Shown here in pieces: positions 62,205 to 64,000 of a stretch of DNA of 64,000 bases. The notes beneath the pieces are model-generated. The model was not told the DNA's origin and did not search any database. It was given only the letters and a program-made list of their open reading frames with translations. The DNA comes from Endomicrobiales bacterium. Its GTDB lineage: Bacteria; Elusimicrobiota; Endomicrobiia; Endomicrobiales; JALOBY01. Within the stretch, counting starts at the first letter, position 1. The number at the start of each line of letters is the position of its first letter. A program made the translations under genes and the position numbers. The stretch covers positions 40,651 to 104,650 of the forward strand of contig CAWCNJ010000011.1 in the NCBI GenBank assembly GCA_963796955.1, given 5' to 3'.

Positions 62205-64000
62205 TATATTTCCCCCTGTGCGGTTGACGGCTCACCATATATATCTTCTCCGTAGTATGAGTTGTACATGTACTTGGGCATATAGTTATGCACTTTCGTT
62301 AATACGAACCCGTTGACCGCAATGTTACATTTGCGCAGCGTGCTGTACGCGTTAAGCACATCGGCTTTTTGCGTATGTTCCATCTGCACGACCATGAAAG
62401 AGAGGTCCACATGTTTCCCGATAATGCAAGAATCAGGCAGGTTCAGCACCGGCGGCGCATCCAACAATATCAGATCAAACCGCTTTTTCAGGAGCTCCAG
62501 CAGCTTTATAAAATTCGCGGAATCCAGCAATTCGGCAGGGTTTAATATCGCCCGACCCCGGGGTATCAGGGAAAGACCGGGCACCAGGGTTTTTATTAAC
62601 ACCGATTCCGATTCCGCCGTTCCCTTTAAATAATCCGACAGTCCCGGAGAACGCTTTGCGTCAAGCAGTTTATCCAGCGTGCCCCGTCTAAGGTCGCCGT
62701 CGATCAAAAGCGTTTTAACCGAGTTGTTCGCTATGGAAATGGCAAGATTTGACGAGGTGAGGCTTTTGCCTTCTTCCTTCAGCGTGCTGGTGACCATTAT
62801 CGTCTTCAGCACGCCGGAAGGAACTTCTGTTCATGATGTTCGTTCGCAGTACCCTGAACTCCTCCGAGACCTTGCTGAGCGGATCGTTATGCGTTATCAG
62901 GTACGGGGAAAGCGAGCCGTGCGTCCTGTTGATGGGCCAGGAAGGCGCTATATCAAGGAAGGAGAATATTTTTGTTTCTCTTAATCTGGCAAAAAGCCGT
63001 TTAAAGAACGGGCCTTCCTGCACGAAACTTATCTTCATGTTGGAGATAGAGCCGAGCACGGGTTCCGGCAGATTTTCGGTCGCCTCTTCCACCGTTACAA
63101 AGGAGCTGTCCACCCGGTCCACGATCATTACCGATCCCACACCTATCACCAGGCCTACCAGAAGACCTATCAATATTACGGCCGGCTTATTCGGCCAGGC
63201 CGGGAACATCGGCATCCGCGCCTCTTCTACGATCCTGAATTTTTCGTCTTTATCGGAATCCTGCAGGCGCTGGGAGACATACGCCGATTCCATCTGGCGC
63301 AACAGCAGCTGATAAATATCTTCATCGACTTTTTTATTGCGTTCCAATGTCGCCAGCTCGTCTTCTCTGACCGGGCTTGACCACGTCCGTATCGGTCCCT
63401 TCAAGCTCAGCCTTGCGCTTCGTCAAATACTCGACCTCCATGTCGGCCTCGTTGATGTCCTGTTCCGTCTGCATATACAACGGGTTCCATCAGTGAAATC
63501 TTTCCTTGACGGTGTCCTGTTTTTCCTCTTCACCGATCTTTTTCAGGTAGGTGCTCATTGCTTCTTTTACGCAGCTGTATTATCCAGGATTATCCTCTAT
63601 ACCGTCCACTCATCAGCTTCGCCAGTTCGTCCTGCGTATCTGGCCAGCTGCAGGCGCAGCCGCACCCAGCAGGGGATTTTGTTCCCGGGTGCCTGCGAGG
63701 GCACCATCTTTTGTATGCGTTCTCATTTTTTCTTCCAGCAGTTCCTTGCAGGTTACGGGCGAGCCGGAGATCGGCTTCGACCTTGCTGGCGTGAAATTCC
63801 ATTCTGAAAGCTCAAGTTTTTCCTTGTATATCTTCAGCTGCTCTGTCTGAAGAAATATTATACGCGTTCTGTCGCATCTTCTCTCTTTTGTTTGGAGCTG
63901 TCATTGATTATTCCCTGAACGATGTTCAATACCACATCTGCGTGACGTCGGGTTTCGCGTCGAGGTAACTGACCTTATCAGGTCTTCATCATAAATTGGT
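62204..64000 (-). CDS. wzc: Wzc co-polymerase/kinase of locus B, partial, multiple frameshifts
   Basis: Kinase 62204-62812, TM/linker 62715-63404, and fragments matching the paralog (FHASKVEADLRLARN) toward the edge. Confidence 0.8.

Noticed and set aside
96..63850. Numerous plus-strand ORFs in the track
   Set aside because: All are antisense shadows of well-supported minus-strand genes and have no recognisable motifs.
1..64000. tRNA, rRNA or riboswitch genes
   Set aside because: None recognised by eye in the short intergenic regions; a covariance-model scan would be needed to exclude them.

Overview
Every recognisable gene in this window is on the minus strand. At the left end are the first 43 codons of a probable mercury-methylation gene hgcA, translationally coupled to an arsR regulator that has its own promoter and operator. 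These are followed by a MNT-HEPN toxin-antitoxin pair, a pentapeptide-repeat protein and a GH94 (1,2-beta-oligoglucan phosphorylase-like) enzyme. The remaining ~58 kb is two tandem, paralogous Wzx/Wzy-type surface-polysaccharide loci (A: ~5.5-39 kb, headed by a Mor-like activator and containing a low-GC cassette; B: ~39.3 kb to the window edge). Each locus carries two PorV/UPF0164-like beta-barrel genes in conserved positions (after wzc and after the UDP-sugar dehydrogenase). Each also carries large secreted proteins that share a ~90-aa T9SS type-A-like C-terminal domain. No exosortase is visible. This suggests a polysaccharide locus coupled to a T9SS-like protein-sorting module; a non-Bacteroidota host such as Elusimicrobiota is an inference only. 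Several single-base frameshifts right of 30 kb are probably long-read errors, but one or two could be real.
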